Positions 1 through 10,672 of a DNA stretch of 64,000 bases are shown here, one piece after another (position 1 is the first letter of the stretch; each line of letters begins with the position of its first letter). Below the pieces are notes generated by a model, which was not told the origin of the DNA, did not search any database, and saw only the letters and a list, made by a program, of their open reading frames with translations. Position numbers and translations under genes: made by a program. Source of the DNA: a virus; the IMG/VR virus record IMGVR_UViG_3300035698_003862, positions 2,401-66,400 of that record; one strand, written 5' to 3'.

Positions 1-509
1 GCGTAGATACCACGTGCGCGGTCCGATGAGGTCTTTGCATAGGTTAACTGAATACCCGCGCCATTGTTGAACGATTGATGATGCACGGCGCGGACAATCT
101 TGCTGTCTATGGGCGTCCCAGCCCGATCCTCCTGCATAGCCCTGGCTGCCCAACATGAGTTGATGGCCTCGGTTAAGTACAGGGTGGAGTAACGCTGGGT
201 CTGTGACTGTAGCGGCGCAACATATAACAGTTGAAAATGAGGTACCGAGATCAACTCTAAGATCTCGGACCGAGACAAATTCATAGTCTTACCCAGTTGT
301 CGACCACACATCCATAACGTATCAGTCGCATAAGACGCTTCATAAAAGGGTCGAAATTGGGGATAATTATCCAGCGTATACGGTTCACCATGAACACGAA
401 ATAACGCATGTAATAGGTCAGCACGATGTAGGTTCTGGAGCGTTCCGACAACATCTGGCTGTTCAAGTTTTTGAGTGACACTACTGATGTCTGAGAGGGC
501 TGACGTCAT
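1..509 (-). CDS. terL: Terminase large subunit, N-terminal ATPase part (runs off window start; absent from ORF track)
   Basis: Hand translation from ATG at 509 is open to base 1: MTSALSDISS...WMCGRQLGKT (terminase Walker A, GRQxGKT)...LLYVAPLQSQTQRYS...QLTYAKTSSDRARGIY (RG preceding Walker B). Confidence 0.85.
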   Translation of the reverse strand, partial: MTSALSDISSVTQKLEQPDVVGTLQNLHRADLLHALFRVHGEPYTLDNYPQFRPFYEASYATDTLWMCGRQLGKTMNLSRSEILELISVPHFQLLYVAPLQSQTQRYSTLYLTEAINSCWAARAMQEDRAGTPIDSKIVRAVHHQSFNNGAGIQLTYAKTSSDRARGIY

Positions 510-947
510 GTTGGAGATCTTCGTTTTTTGGACTGAAACACTTGAGTGTTCGGTCAATACCATGGTAGAGTACATTCATGATCTGTTCGAATTCTGTGTT
601 GTAGATTACACAGAGCTGATTCGAGTGTCAAGGGTCAACGGAGGTAACCATGAAGAATAAATCCGCAATCTGGTATCGAAGGTTGCGCAACGTTCGCGGT
701 CGTTTAAGATGTCCCGCGGACCTGCCGTTTACTGCATTACCGCGTTACGGCATGAATACCAAGTTAAGCCATAGGAGAGGGCAAACCAGAATGGAGAAGT
801 GGCTTCAGTATGTTTGAGGTAATCGCCACGTTGGCGGTAAGTTACTTAGGCTTTCGCGCCTGGGTAGTTGTGAAAAGAACAGAACAACTAGCTGATAGGT
901 TCGATGAAAGCTTGAAATCTCACTAGTTAACGAGTGAAAGGAGACAT

Positions 948-1142
948 ATGCTCGTTGGAACAGTCCTCATGGTAGGTAGTCTGGTTGGATTAGCCAGACA
1001 TTGTCAGGGATTCCTAAGCTTTGGCTTAGCATACCAGGCAGAGTACAAACAACGCACACAAGCCCTACCTCAACCGGACACAGACCCTACGGAACAGTCA
1101 GAGGATGAAGATCCTGCAGACTTCAGTAGTGGGGCCGTGTGA
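948..1142 (+). CDS. Small hypothetical protein with hydrophobic N-terminus
   Basis: AAGGAG RBS before ATG; 64 aa ORF. Confidence 0.55.
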   Translation: MLVGTVLMVGSLVGLARHCQGFLSFGLAYQAEYKQRTQALPQPDTDPTEQSEDEDPADFSSGAV

Positions 1143-1166
1143 CTCCGTGTAAACCAAAAGGTACTT

Positions 1167-1583
1167 ATGGACGGAAACAAAGCATGTGCTGTCTTCTTCG
1201 TAGGAGGCACCTTGATCATGGCAGCTATGGACGGTGTAGTTTTAGGCATTATCGGAGCGGCAGGTATTGGCTGGTTTGTTAGCAAGCTACTGATGCAGAC
1301 AGCGAAGCGAACTTCACAGGTCGCTATTGATACCGCAATCGCAAGCATGCAACAAGACGCTAACGACGAACCTAACGCTGAACTGAAACGCAAAAAACTC
1401 AAAGAAGCCGCCGCAGCTACCAAACGATTAAAGGTTAAACAAACCACCCTACAAGATGGTGGACACGAGCTGGCCAAATGGGCCGGTGTGGGCGCCTTCG
1501 GCGCTCCTGTAGTAGCTACGGCATTAGTCGTGGCTACGGGAATGACAATGCGGAAACGCAACAACCAAAAGCAACAAGCTTAG
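1167..1583 (+). CDS. Hypothetical membrane protein
   Basis: Hydrophobic segments at N- and C-termini; followed by a terminator. Confidence 0.6.
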   Translation: MDGNKACAVFFVGGTLIMAAMDGVVLGIIGAAGIGWFVSKLLMQTAKRTSQVAIDTAIASMQQDANDEPNAELKRKKLKEAAAATKRLKVKQTTLQDGGHELAKWAGVGAFGAPVVATALVVATGMTMRKRNNQKQQA

Positions 1584-1624
1584 AACCATGCGGCAGGATC
1601 GCCTGTCGGATGGTTCAACGCACT

Positions 1625-1645
1625 AGGGGGCGTTCGCCCCCTTTT
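1625..1645 (+). terminator. Intrinsic terminator
   Basis: AGGGGGCG-TT-CGCCCCCT followed by TTT. Confidence 0.7.
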
Positions 1646-1695
1646 AGCTATTGGGTTGAAATACTGTTACTACGTAAACATCAAGGAGAAGAACA

Positions 1696-2586
1696 ATGGC
1701 CAAGACCGTTATTAACTCAGATCCGTTCTGTGACGTACGGCTCACTAACATCAAGCACAATGATCGATCCACTGACAAGTTCATGGTGGAACTGCAGCGA
1801 CCCGACACCGAGGAGTTCGAGGAGATCCCGGGCGTGGGTACTGTACACACCGCGGACTATCAACTCGTAACCAACCGGCAGGTGTTCGACATGGCCAATC
1901 AGGTCTTAGATGACACCGGTATGGAGTTCAAGCCCATCACCACGTTCGGTGGGAGTCACGCGCAACCCATCAGCTGGAACGGGAAACGATTCAGCTCCAA
2001 GTGGTTCGTGGAAGACGCGGCCATCGACGTACCAGGCGGTAGCAAGATGATGCTGGGCGTGGAGGCACGTAACAGCTACGACGGCAGCTGCAAAGTTGGG
2101 CTCGCATTCTTCGCTATGCACATGGTGTGTTCCAATCAGTTCTACAGTCAGAACATGATGGGTCAGCCCTTTGTGTTCCCGCACGTCACACACGGCGGTA
2201 CACTGGAAGAGGACATCAGCGAAGCATTACAGCAGATCCGGACTAAGGCAGCTAACTTCGGCCGTCTGCAACCTGCGATCGAGCTACTACAGAACACGCA
2301 CATGGACGGCTTTCAGGACTTCCTTACGTTGCGCCACGGTATGGGCGCCACGACTGGTTTGGAGTTCCGGGACAAGGCGGTACTTGACGAGTTGACAGGT
2401 ACGGGTATCTCGCATACTCTGGACCTGGATGAACAACCCGCTTATGCTGACCCTACATCGCTGTGGGCCATTGCTAACGCGTACACTGCAGTCACGACCC
2501 ATGCGGTTGGTGGTATGCGCGGTGCGGACCATTCCAGTCGAGCAGTGGATTACTTGCTGAACCGTGCCAAGGAGCTAGCAGCGTAG
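1696..2586 (+). CDS. DUF932-family protein
   Basis: YQLVTNRQVF, RNSYDGS, VCSN motifs typical of DUF932; AAGGAG RBS. Confidence 0.75.
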   Translation: MAKTVINSDPFCDVRLTNIKHNDRSTDKFMVELQRPDTEEFEEIPGVGTVHTADYQLVTNRQVFDMANQVLDDTGMEFKPITTFGGSHAQPISWNGKRFSSKWFVEDAAIDVPGGSKMMLGVEARNSYDGSCKVGLAFFAMHMVCSNQFYSQNMMGQPFVFPHVTHGGTLEEDISEALQQIRTKAANFGRLQPAIELLQNTHMDGFQDFLTLRHGMGATTGLEFRDKAVLDELTGTGISHTLDLDEQPAYADPTSLWAIANAYTAVTTHAVGGMRGADHSSRAVDYLLNRAKELAA

Positions 2587-2608
2587 GGTCGTGTTACACG
2601 GCCAGGTT

Positions 2609-2639
2609 AACGGGGGTAGCATACCGCTACTCCCGTTTT
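2609..2639 (+). terminator. Intrinsic terminator
   Basis: AACGGGGGTAGC-ATACC-GCTACTCCCGTT followed by TT. Confidence 0.7.
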
Positions 2640-2653
2640 AAGGAGGATAAGTC

Positions 2654-3076
2654 ATGAGAGGTAGTCTGATCATTAGACTGGAAGACGATGTCGAACTGGG
2701 AGAAGAGACGCAACTCGTAAAGGTTGAATTCCCTATTCAGTTACAGACATGTATGCCACACCGTGATTTTCGTCAGTTCTTGTACAGTTCAATCGGGCAG
2801 AATCTGGCATCTATCGTGGATACAGCATTGGCCAAGTTTGAGAAAGCTAAGACTAAGGTAGTAGGCGCGTACGACAAACAACAGGCAAAGATCAAAGCCG
2901 AGGAAGAGGCAGCCGCGGCAGCTAAAGCTGAGGCTGAGGCAGCTAAGGCCAAAGCTGAAGCAGATAAGACCAAGGCCGCGGCCGACAAAGCTGCTGCCGC
3001 TGAGTTGAAGAAAGCCGGCAAGGGTGACACAAAAAAGGAAGCACCTAAGCCCGCCCAACAACCGGCGCAAGAATAG
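2654..3076 (+). CDS. Hypothetical protein, Ala/Lys-rich C-terminus
   Basis: AGGAGG RBS; 140 aa ORF. Confidence 0.7.
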   Translation: MRGSLIIRLEDDVELGEETQLVKVEFPIQLQTCMPHRDFRQFLYSSIGQNLASIVDTALAKFEKAKTKVVGAYDKQQAKIKAEEEAAAAAKAEAEAAKAKAEADKTKAAADKAAAAELKKAGKGDTKKEAPKPAQQPAQE

Positions 3077-3082
3077 CCTATT

Positions 3083-3718
3083 ATGATTCAGGCGGTTCAA
3101 ACGCGTAAGTGTTATATGTGTTGTCGCAACCTGACACTGGATCAGTTCCAGGTCAAGAATAAGCGACGACAACGTAGATGTATAGAATGCGACGAGATAC
3201 GCTCATTAGAAGCGCAGCTCAACCAGGCAGACGACTGGGCCGTTGCATTCCGTAAATCTCTACTGATGCGGCTGAATCATGCTGACAATCCCCATCGTAA
3301 TCTAGGGCAGGCCACTGCCGCCCTCACACCACACGTGCTGTCAGTGCTTATGCGGCTGCAGAATCAAAAGTGTGCTATGCTCGGTTACGAGTTCGTAATG
3401 CCACCACCCGGTGTGTTCGGCAAGAACAGCTCGTTCAACGGCTGGGTAAATAGTGTGCCCATGCCGGACCGATTACTTACCCCTATACTTGTGCGCGCTC
3501 GATCAGAACAACTCTGGGTCCCGGGTAACGTCACCTTTATAACTAAGGCATTTGAACCCCTATATCAGGTAGCTGCCGTAAACGGTAACTTACCTCGATT
3601 ACGGGAACACTTGCAGCAGGAACCCCTGATCTACGATAACGAACAAATACAAGAAGCGCTGCTGGAACAGCGCGAACGAAAGATAGATCTAATTAGGCAG
3701 GGGAATGAACAACACTAA
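3083..3718 (+). CDS. Hypothetical protein with N-terminal CxxC...CxxC zinc finger
   Basis: CYMC...CIEC; tightly packed in operon. Confidence 0.6.
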   Translation: MIQAVQTRKCYMCCRNLTLDQFQVKNKRRQRRCIECDEIRSLEAQLNQADDWAVAFRKSLLMRLNHADNPHRNLGQATAALTPHVLSVLMRLQNQKCAMLGYEFVMPPPGVFGKNSSFNGWVNSVPMPDRLLTPILVRARSEQLWVPGNVTFITKAFEPLYQVAAVNGNLPRLREHLQQEPLIYDNEQIQEALLEQRERKIDLIRQGNEQH

Positions 3719-4235
3719 ACCGCACGTCTACATCTTCGCCGACGGTTCCTCCGCTCGCAAGGATGACATTGGTGCCTGGGCTGCTCTCGCTGTGACCGAC
3801 ACGGAGCGAAAGCTACTATACGGCGTCAACTTTCCCACGACCATTACGCGTTGTGAACTTCTGCCTATCATTGAGGCGTTACGTTGGATCAAGACCAACT
3901 GGGTCAAGACTGCTGGCTTCAGGGTACGTGTCATCTCTGATTCAGAGTACACCATCAAGACGCTGACAGGACTGTATGAACGGCGTAAGAACAAAGAGCT
4001 CTGGGCTGCCGTCGATGAGGCGGCACTTGGGATGAACGTCAACTACACGTGGCGTGAGCGGAATACACTTCCGTACATGTGCGTGTGCGACGCGGTTTGT
4101 GGCATGTTGCGCAGACAGACTATCAATCTGATGACCACACTGGCTGATGATCCGCGGCTTCCTGAAGTGGAGATACCGTACGGTCAAATGCCGGATGACG
4201 TAGAGAACTTAACAATGGAGAGGATAGATACATGA
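3705..4235 (+). CDS. rnhA: Ribonuclease HI
   Basis: IFADGSS, CELLPIIEAL, ISDSEY, KNKELW, C-terminal D: RNase HI catalytic D-E-D-D pattern. Confidence 0.85.
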   Translation: MNNTKPHVYIFADGSSARKDDIGAWAALAVTDTERKLLYGVNFPTTITRCELLPIIEALRWIKTNWVKTAGFRVRVISDSEYTIKTLTGLYERRKNKELWAAVDEAALGMNVNYTWRERNTLPYMCVCDAVCGMLRRQTINLMTTLADDPRLPEVEIPYGQMPDDVENLTMERIDT

Positions 4236-5338
4236 GGATTATACACACCGCAGATTGGCAATTAGGTTATCGGCAGTACGGCTTTGCTGAACGAGAGCAG
4301 GACTTCCATGACTCCGTGGCCCACGTAATGAAGCGCGCTGTTGCGCTTAAGGCAGACGTACTGATCATGGCCGGGGATATGTTCGACATGCCTAAGCCAC
4401 CAGCAAATACCGTACGTCAAGCACAGAACGAGGTCTGGAAGGCCCGTAACGCAGGTGTCGACGTGATTGGCGTTGATGGCAATCATGATAGCTGTAGTAA
4501 CGACTGGCTTAACGTTTGCGGTATCTTCCCACTAGGAATCGATGCGCGTGGTACGTACAAGAAGGATGGCGTTGTTGTTCGTGGGATCAACTCCTGTCGT
4601 CCAGCGATCTTCCACCAGAAGGTCAAGGAACTGATAGCGGCTGGCGAACATACTGATGTGCTGGTGATTCATCAGTCACTTGGTGAGTTCGCAGACTTCG
4701 AAGCCCAAGAGATCACGGCACTGGAGCTAGCTCCTGAGCTGAGTAAGGTCGGCATACGCCTGGTCTGCATGGGTGATATACACGCGTACAAGGAAACAGT
4801 GGTCGGTGGTGTCCGATTCATTTACAGCGGATCTACTGAGGTCAACGCGTCCGACGAGGAACGTGACAAGTGTATATCAGTCATCGACATCGATGCCGAT
4901 AAACTTGCGACCGCAACAGAACCGATACCGACCCGACAGATTGTGGAGTTCCACCTCACGGACGAGGCTGAGCTCGACAAGATCATCAGCAGTGTCGCGC
5001 AAGATGACGTAGAAGGTGCTATGCCGATGATATTCATCTGGTATCCACCAGAACAAAGAGAACTGGCTAAACGTGCAGAGGCCGCCTTACGTGATCGAGG
5101 TGCAATGTTTCGATGCAGCGCCCTTGACAGCGATGGTGATACTTCAATGCGCCAGAAACTCGTACGCCAAGGCTTCGAACGTAAAGGGGCCATGGATCAA
5201 CTGAAGAACGCCGTGTCGGCTTTCTTCGAGGAAGAAACAGACGAATACCAACTGGTCTTTCAACTATTGGACGACCCAGACAGTGTTACAAATACAGTGC
5301 AACAGTACTTAACATCGCAAGGAATAACAGAACAATGA
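4232..5338 (+). CDS. sbcD: SbcD/Mre11-like nuclease
   Basis: IIHTADWQLG, AGDMFD, GNHD, HQ, GDIH, YSGS phosphoesterase motifs; near SbcC. Confidence 0.9.
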   Translation: MRIIHTADWQLGYRQYGFAEREQDFHDSVAHVMKRAVALKADVLIMAGDMFDMPKPPANTVRQAQNEVWKARNAGVDVIGVDGNHDSCSNDWLNVCGIFPLGIDARGTYKKDGVVVRGINSCRPAIFHQKVKELIAAGEHTDVLVIHQSLGEFADFEAQEITALELAPELSKVGIRLVCMGDIHAYKETVVGGVRFIYSGSTEVNASDEERDKCISVIDIDADKLATATEPIPTRQIVEFHLTDEAELDKIISSVAQDDVEGAMPMIFIWYPPEQRELAKRAEAALRDRGAMFRCSALDSDGDTSMRQKLVRQGFERKGAMDQLKNAVSAFFEEETDEYQLVFQLLDDPDSVTNTVQQYLTSQGITEQ

Positions 5339-5667
5339 CAATGACAAAATCCGACATACTCAAATGCTGTAACGAATACGGCATTAACGAGCAAGAACTG
5401 CGCATGGGCGCTGTTACCGAATTGTTACTCGGTACCAAGTTCACGAAAGATACCGGCGACGGTCTTTCCAATGTAGCCGATATGGTCAGCTCGGTGCTGA
5501 CTGATGCCGGCGCCACGGCAGCCCTACGTTGGGCTACCTGGGCCAAACACGCTAAAGCCACTGATTTGCCGGGTGGTGACACCGTGGAAGCGCTACTAAA
5601 CGTACGGCAGAAGGGAATACACAATGGAGTCCAAACAGTTCAAGGCAGCGACGCAGCTGCTGGCTAA
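5335..5667 (+). CDS. Hypothetical protein
   Basis: Overlapping start/stop with sbcD. Confidence 0.6.
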   Translation: MTMTKSDILKCCNEYGINEQELRMGAVTELLLGTKFTKDTGDGLSNVADMVSSVLTDAGATAALRWATWAKHAKATDLPGGDTVEALLNVRQKGIHNGVQTVQGSDAAAG

Positions 5668-6208
5668 GTTGGTTGATGGTAAGCTGGCATTGAAGGATCT
5701 GCCACGTCAATATGCTGCATTCGTAATGAAGCATGCGAACGGACGGCAGCTGGATACGCTTACCAACGACTTCACACTCTTCACGAAGAGTAATAAGACG
5801 GGCAAGGTGCGCTTAGCAGCAAGTCCGGCTTTTACCTTCGGGGTTGAGCCTCAGAAGCCAAACCTGGAGATGCAAGCACCGCCGGAGACACAGGACCCTG
5901 ATGCGAAAGTTGTCAACACGACAACAGCTGTACTGGGGCCATACGGTAATGAGGTTGCTGCGACAACAGACGCACGACAGTTTCTCCATCCTCAGGTGTT
6001 CCAGTATCGGTCAGGGATTTTCCCGGACCCTCGGAACTTCCAGGTTGAAGTGAAGGTCACGTCCGCTGAAGCAGTGAAGCTTGCGAACGGTACGCCGTTA
6101 CATCCGTTTGGTGTGGAGCTGGTCATGGAGATATCCGGGACAGCTGAACGCACCGACGCATGGGTTGCGCGCTTTAATGCGCAGGCCCGCTTACAGATGG
6201 TTGGTTAA
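5624..6208 (+). CDS. Hypothetical protein
   Basis: 194 aa ORF in operon. Confidence 0.6.
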   Translation: MESKQFKAATQLLAKLVDGKLALKDLPRQYAAFVMKHANGRQLDTLTNDFTLFTKSNKTGKVRLAASPAFTFGVEPQKPNLEMQAPPETQDPDAKVVNTTTAVLGPYGNEVAATTDARQFLHPQVFQYRSGIFPDPRNFQVEVKVTSAEAVKLANGTPLHPFGVELVMEISGTAERTDAWVARFNAQARLQMVG

Positions 6209-6273
6209 TACTTTGTGGGCGTGGTATGCTAATGGCTACCGCGCCCATTTTCTCTACACGAAAGGAATACAGC

Positions 6274-8454
6274 ATGTTTCTGAAGCACATCTCGCTACAG
6301 AGTTACAAGCAGCATAAGTCGCTCGAAGCTGACATTGAAGGCAATGTTATTATCGTGGTCGGCCCGAACGGTCGTGGCAAATCCAATCTACTGGGCGCAT
6401 TTAATTTCGCGCTTAGTGGTGAACAGCCTGGCTCTAGCCGGGAAGATCTACTCCAATGGGGAGCAGCTCATGGGCACGTCGCGCTGGATCTTGAATGTGA
6501 AGGCACAGAAGGTCGTATCGTACGCAACCTGCATGACACCAAGGCTACTTTCGATTTCGGCACTGACAGTTACAATGGGATAACCAAAGTAGCAAACGGT
6601 CTGACTACACACCTAGGCTGGGACAAGGATCTAGGCAGGCAAGCCGTATTCGTACGCCAGGCCAAGCTAGACTCTATCCTGTTTGCCGAGGCACGTGAGC
6701 GTGAACTGACGTTCCAGCGGCTTATGGGCATACAGTATGCCTCCAAGGTCCATAAGAACATGGGCACCCTGCTGGCTACATGGAGCACACCACCCAACTA
6801 CGATGAGCAGATCGCGGATGGGCGTACTCGCCTTGACGAATTGCGCACACGGCTCAAGACGCTTACGGATGAATCTACTCAGGCCGAAGCCCAGCGCAAC
6901 GTATGTCCGGACATTACAGAACTACAAGGACGGCTTAACACGCTGGCTGGATTACATACGACGCTGACTAGGCTCAGTGCTGTCACGACGCAACTCAATT
7001 CGTACAACACTAAAATCCCAGGTATAGAGGTCAAGTTGGCCACGCTGAAGATTCCGGACGTTGATCTGACTATGTTAGACGAGGAGATCACACGCTTACG
7101 TAAGCTAGGCTCTGACGCCGCACGCTATAAGCAGGTGCTAAGTGACTGGGAGCGTTGCGGTCGTGAGATCATGGAATTGGGTAAGGAGCCCTGCACTGAA
7201 GAACAGCTGACCAAACTGGAACAGGAAGCCCGTGAACTCGCTACTGCGTACAACGAATCGCAGGGTAGGCTGAAGATGTACACGGATCTGGTGCAGTCTC
7301 TGAACAATCCTATTGCTAACGCGGCACTGGCAGTGTGCCCACTGTGTGGTCATAGCATTGAAGACGCTAATACGTTGTGCGAACGTTTAGGTGGTATCGT
7401 TAGCGATATGCAGATGGAAGCGGCTCAGAACGATCCTACGAGCAAGCAGCAAGCATATAGTCAATTACAGCAAGCTGCTCAATCGTACACATCAAGACGC
7501 GCTGCGCTGCTACAGAATTACAAGAACGCTGAGGCTATCATGAATTCAACACCGCACTCTGACGCTGACCCGGCTGCCCTTGAGCAGCAGGCCGCCCAGA
7601 TGGCGCAGGATCGCACAGCCGTATTGTGTAAGATCACAGAGAAGACAGAACTGGACGCTCAACTGCGAAATGATAAGGAGCAGCAAACGTTACTCATATC
7701 AGAGTATGATCAACTGCACACGTTACTCAAACAGCAGAGCATGCCTCAGATTCTGGAAATGCTGAACACCGCGGGTGTCCCGTCGGCGCTCGCCAAGGCA
7801 CAGGAAGACACTGCGACGTTACAACAAACCATCAACGATATCCAACTGCTCGACCAACATGTGGCCAAGTTGAAGGGTATGGTAGAGGAGCTGACAGGCT
7901 CCGTCGATACGCTGGAGAAAACGCTGGCTACGTTGGAGTACAAGCGATCGCAACAGTCCGAGAGGGCCGACGCTATCGCAACACTCACACGAGTTCGTGA
8001 CTGGTTCCATTACGCGAATGGGCCTCACACTATGGCCATGAGCGTACTCGCAGACATGACACGGGATGTCAATGACTTCCTGGGCCAGTTCGCAGCACCG
8101 TATACCGTATACCCGTCTGATGATGGGTTCGGTTACAAATACATTAAGCATGATGGTAGTCCTATGCCGCCAACACCTCCTGATACAATACATCTATCAG
8201 GCGGTGAGCGTGTTCAATTGGCGATCAGTTATCGCTTTGCCAGTTATTGCATGTTTGCCAATAAGCTTGGTCTCCTTAGCCTGGACGAACCTACCGTATA
8301 CCTCGACGAGAGGAATATTGGCAGATTCTGTGTGGTGATGGAGCAGATCAAGAAGGTTGCGCAAAGCATGAACCTCCAAGTAATGATCGCGACACATGAA
8401 CGATCGTTGATTCCGTTTGCTGATACAGTCATCGACCTGGGCGATGAAGCTTAG
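6274..8454 (+). CDS. sbcC: SbcC/Rad50-like SMC ATPase
   Basis: GPNGRGKS Walker A, coiled coil with CPLC zinc hook, LSGGE signature, LDEPT Walker B, ATH; start moved to ATG 6274 after AAGGAA. Confidence 0.92.
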   Translation: MFLKHISLQSYKQHKSLEADIEGNVIIVVGPNGRGKSNLLGAFNFALSGEQPGSSREDLLQWGAAHGHVALDLECEGTEGRIVRNLHDTKATFDFGTDSYNGITKVANGLTTHLGWDKDLGRQAVFVRQAKLDSILFAEARERELTFQRLMGIQYASKVHKNMGTLLATWSTPPNYDEQIADGRTRLDELRTRLKTLTDESTQAEAQRNVCPDITELQGRLNTLAGLHTTLTRLSAVTTQLNSYNTKIPGIEVKLATLKIPDVDLTMLDEEITRLRKLGSDAARYKQVLSDWERCGREIMELGKEPCTEEQLTKLEQEARELATAYNESQGRLKMYTDLVQSLNNPIANAALAVCPLCGHSIEDANTLCERLGGIVSDMQMEAAQNDPTSKQQAYSQLQQAAQSYTSRRAALLQNYKNAEAIMNSTPHSDADPAALEQQAAQMAQDRTAVLCKITEKTELDAQLRNDKEQQTLLISEYDQLHTLLKQQSMPQILEMLNTAGVPSALAKAQEDTATLQQTINDIQLLDQHVAKLKGMVEELTGSVDTLEKTLATLEYKRSQQSERADAIATLTRVRDWFHYANGPHTMAMSVLADMTRDVNDFLGQFAAPYTVYPSDDGFGYKYIKHDGSPMPPTPPDTIHLSGGERVQLAISYRFASYCMFANKLGLLSLDEPTVYLDERNIGRFCVVMEQIKKVAQSMNLQVMIATHERSLIPFADTVIDLGDEA

Positions 8455-8513
8455 GTCACATAATACAGTTACAACAGTATAAACAGTAATCCTACACTAG
8501 AGGACAGTGAACA

Positions 8514-10076
8514 ATGACAGAGACAGCAACAGCAGCCACTTCTGAAGTGGCACCGACAGTCACCCCTGAGGAGGCCATTGCGGCCTTTCAGGATGCGCTG
8601 GAAAAACTCACAGCTGCCGGCCTTTACCAGCCGGGAGTAGGGGAGGCGTCAGCAGCAGTGGCGCCGGCCGCGGCAGCAGCTGCGGTTACAACACTGGCGG
8701 AGATTAAGCAGCCCACTACCAAGCGGCGCAAGATTGCGCCAAGCTTGGTAGGTGACTTCGAGACGTGGTTCATACAATCACCTGAGGACGAGCTGTACGA
8801 CGTCAAACGCGGTCAGTGGGAATGTAAGGTAGGCAGTGGCAAGCGGGCACATGCATTACTCTTCCACTCCGCAATTGATGATAATCGACCAAGTTCGAAT
8901 GTGATCTGCATTCGACCGGTAGGCTCGAAGAATACCATCTTCAATGCCAGTCGTATTACGTATGGTACGGCTATGGCGGCACAGAAGACACCACAGAACA
9001 TCGCAGAGGCTGCTGGTGCTATTCCTGTGCCGTTCGAGAACGTAACGTCTAAAGACGGCGGAGCGGGGCTGGACCTTACACAACTACAAATCATCGCGTG
9101 GGATGGATCTGAAGATATGATCATCCCACCAGTGCAACGTAGACGGCAGTGGGCTGGTACCTTTTACGTGATAGAGCGGCATTTCGCCGGGGCTACAGTA
9201 CTCCGCGTTGAGGATAAGTACTTCTTGTTCGATACCGATCGCGAAGAGCTGCAACATCATGGCTTCAACCCCTTTTTCACGCAGCTGCCACATGCAGTTG
9301 CCTCTGTCGATGAGGCGTATGCTGCACTGATGCCAGATCCGGTGAAGGAGGCCATAGAAGCGGGTAAGACTGTCTTACGTCAGGGCGAGTTCTTCTTCGT
9401 CAAGAGCGACATCGATACCGTAGCTGTGGCGATGGACGTAGACGATATCGTTGACCGATTCTTCTTGGATCAGGTCACTGATCGTCTGATTACCTTGGGC
9501 GCCGCCGTGATTAACTGTGCGAACAGGCGACGAACGGACGCAATCAAGTCCTTCATCAAACGTTGTGAAGAGAATAACGAAGGAGCTTTACCGGAGGGTG
9601 ATGGCTCGGCTAAGGACGCACAACGGGAGCTAGACCAGTACTTGCAGTGGGTATCTACGAGTGTTGGCCCTGAGTGCACATGGGACGTGCCGGAACCAAC
9701 CGAGGAGAAGAACAACCGCTACGGTAATAAGCCTACGGATGGTAGTACCATAGGGTATAGTCACATGGCGCACATCTTCAATGAGCTGACTACTCGGCTG
9801 AGTTTCCCGCTCACTGAAGAGAGCCGCACTATCCCAGGACCTGATGGATACCTCGGTATCCATGTGGCTGGTCACATCCAGGCCCAGGATGGGGATACAC
9901 AGGGGCAGCAGCATATAGCCGCCGGAATGTACGCACGCGACGATGAGTCCATTTGGGCTATTGGCGCCGTGCTGCACCAGGGTCGAGAGCATCGGCCAGT
10001 ATATCTCGATGGTTGGCATCGGGTATATCCTAACACGGCCACTAACAGCTGGAGTGTCGAGGGCGATGTTGATTGA
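8514..10076 (+). CDS. Hypothetical protein (520 aa)
   Basis: Long ORF with GAGGA RBS; contains RQGE and HxEH motifs; no family recognised. Confidence 0.7.
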   Translation: MTETATAATSEVAPTVTPEEAIAAFQDALEKLTAAGLYQPGVGEASAAVAPAAAAAAVTTLAEIKQPTTKRRKIAPSLVGDFETWFIQSPEDELYDVKRGQWECKVGSGKRAHALLFHSAIDDNRPSSNVICIRPVGSKNTIFNASRITYGTAMAAQKTPQNIAEAAGAIPVPFENVTSKDGGAGLDLTQLQIIAWDGSEDMIIPPVQRRRQWAGTFYVIERHFAGATVLRVEDKYFLFDTDREELQHHGFNPFFTQLPHAVASVDEAYAALMPDPVKEAIEAGKTVLRQGEFFFVKSDIDTVAVAMDVDDIVDRFFLDQVTDRLITLGAAVINCANRRRTDAIKSFIKRCEENNEGALPEGDGSAKDAQRELDQYLQWVSTSVGPECTWDVPEPTEEKNNRYGNKPTDGSTIGYSHMAHIFNELTTRLSFPLTEESRTIPGPDGYLGIHVAGHIQAQDGDTQGQQHIAAGMYARDDESIWAIGAVLHQGREHRPVYLDGWHRVYPNTATNSWSVEGDVD

Positions 10077-10081
10077 AGATA

Positions 10082-10120
10082 AGGGGTGGCGAAACCTACG
10101 GGCTAGCCACCCCCGTTTTT
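10082..10120 (+). terminator. Intrinsic terminator
   Basis: GGGGTGGC...GCCACCCC stem followed by TTTTT. Confidence 0.7.
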
Positions 10121-10133
10121 CTCAAAAAGGATG

Positions 10134-10163
10134 TTGACCCTACTGACCTGCTTGGGCTAAGAT
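10134..10163 (+). promoter_or_regulatory. Sigma70-like promoter for the RAMP gene
   Basis: TTGACC-18 bp-TAAGAT between the terminator and the AAGGAG RBS. Confidence 0.55.
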
Positions 10164-10204
10164 GCCATTCGAATAAACATCGAATACAAGAAGGAGATAC
10201 AAAA

Positions 10205-10672
10205 GTGAAAGATGCCTCTTTCACACTTGAATTCACTACGCATGTATTGGCCAACGGCGTTGGCCCCGACGGGGAGAAGGATCATTTCCAGCGCGACAGT
10301 GTCGGGAAACTCATCTTCCAGCAGAGTTGGTTCTACTCTGCATTCAGCCGAGCTATCGAGCTCGCACATATCCGAGGCATCAAGGCTGGGGATATTCACA
10401 TGGACCTTTCCATCGACGCTAAGACTGAGGTCTATCGCCGTCGCTACGGTCAGGGCAAGTTTAGATCGCATGAAGCCATCATGCCCGGCACACAGGTTCA
10501 ATTCGCTGCGGTCGTTGCTGATCGCATCACCGAAACAGAACTCACCACCATTTTGACACGCATGGGTCGGTTCGTGGGCCTTTCGCCATACGGATACCGA
10601 CTCGGTTACGGTAAATTCAATACAGTAAAAGTAGAAGTAGAAAACAGTGACGCAGCAACAGAAACAACGTAA
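10205..10672 (+). CDS. Stand-alone minimal RAMP (Cas7/Csm3/Csf2-like RRM) protein
   Basis: GTG start after AAGGAG; beta1 FTLEFTTHVLA, FQRDSVGKLIF...SAFSRA, HEAIMPGTQVQF, C-terminal G-rich loop GRFVGLSPYGYRLGYGKF followed by a final beta strand. Confidence 0.7.
   Translation: MKDASFTLEFTTHVLANGVGPDGEKDHFQRDSVGKLIFQQSWFYSAFSRAIELAHIRGIKAGDIHMDLSIDAKTEVYRRRYGQGKFRSHEAIMPGTQVQFAAVVADRITETELTTILTRMGRFVGLSPYGYRLGYGKFNTVKVEVENSDAATETT

Noticed and set aside
10073-10204. N-terminal extension of the RAMP ORF
   Set aside because: It spans a terminator and promoter; the RBS supports GTG at 10205
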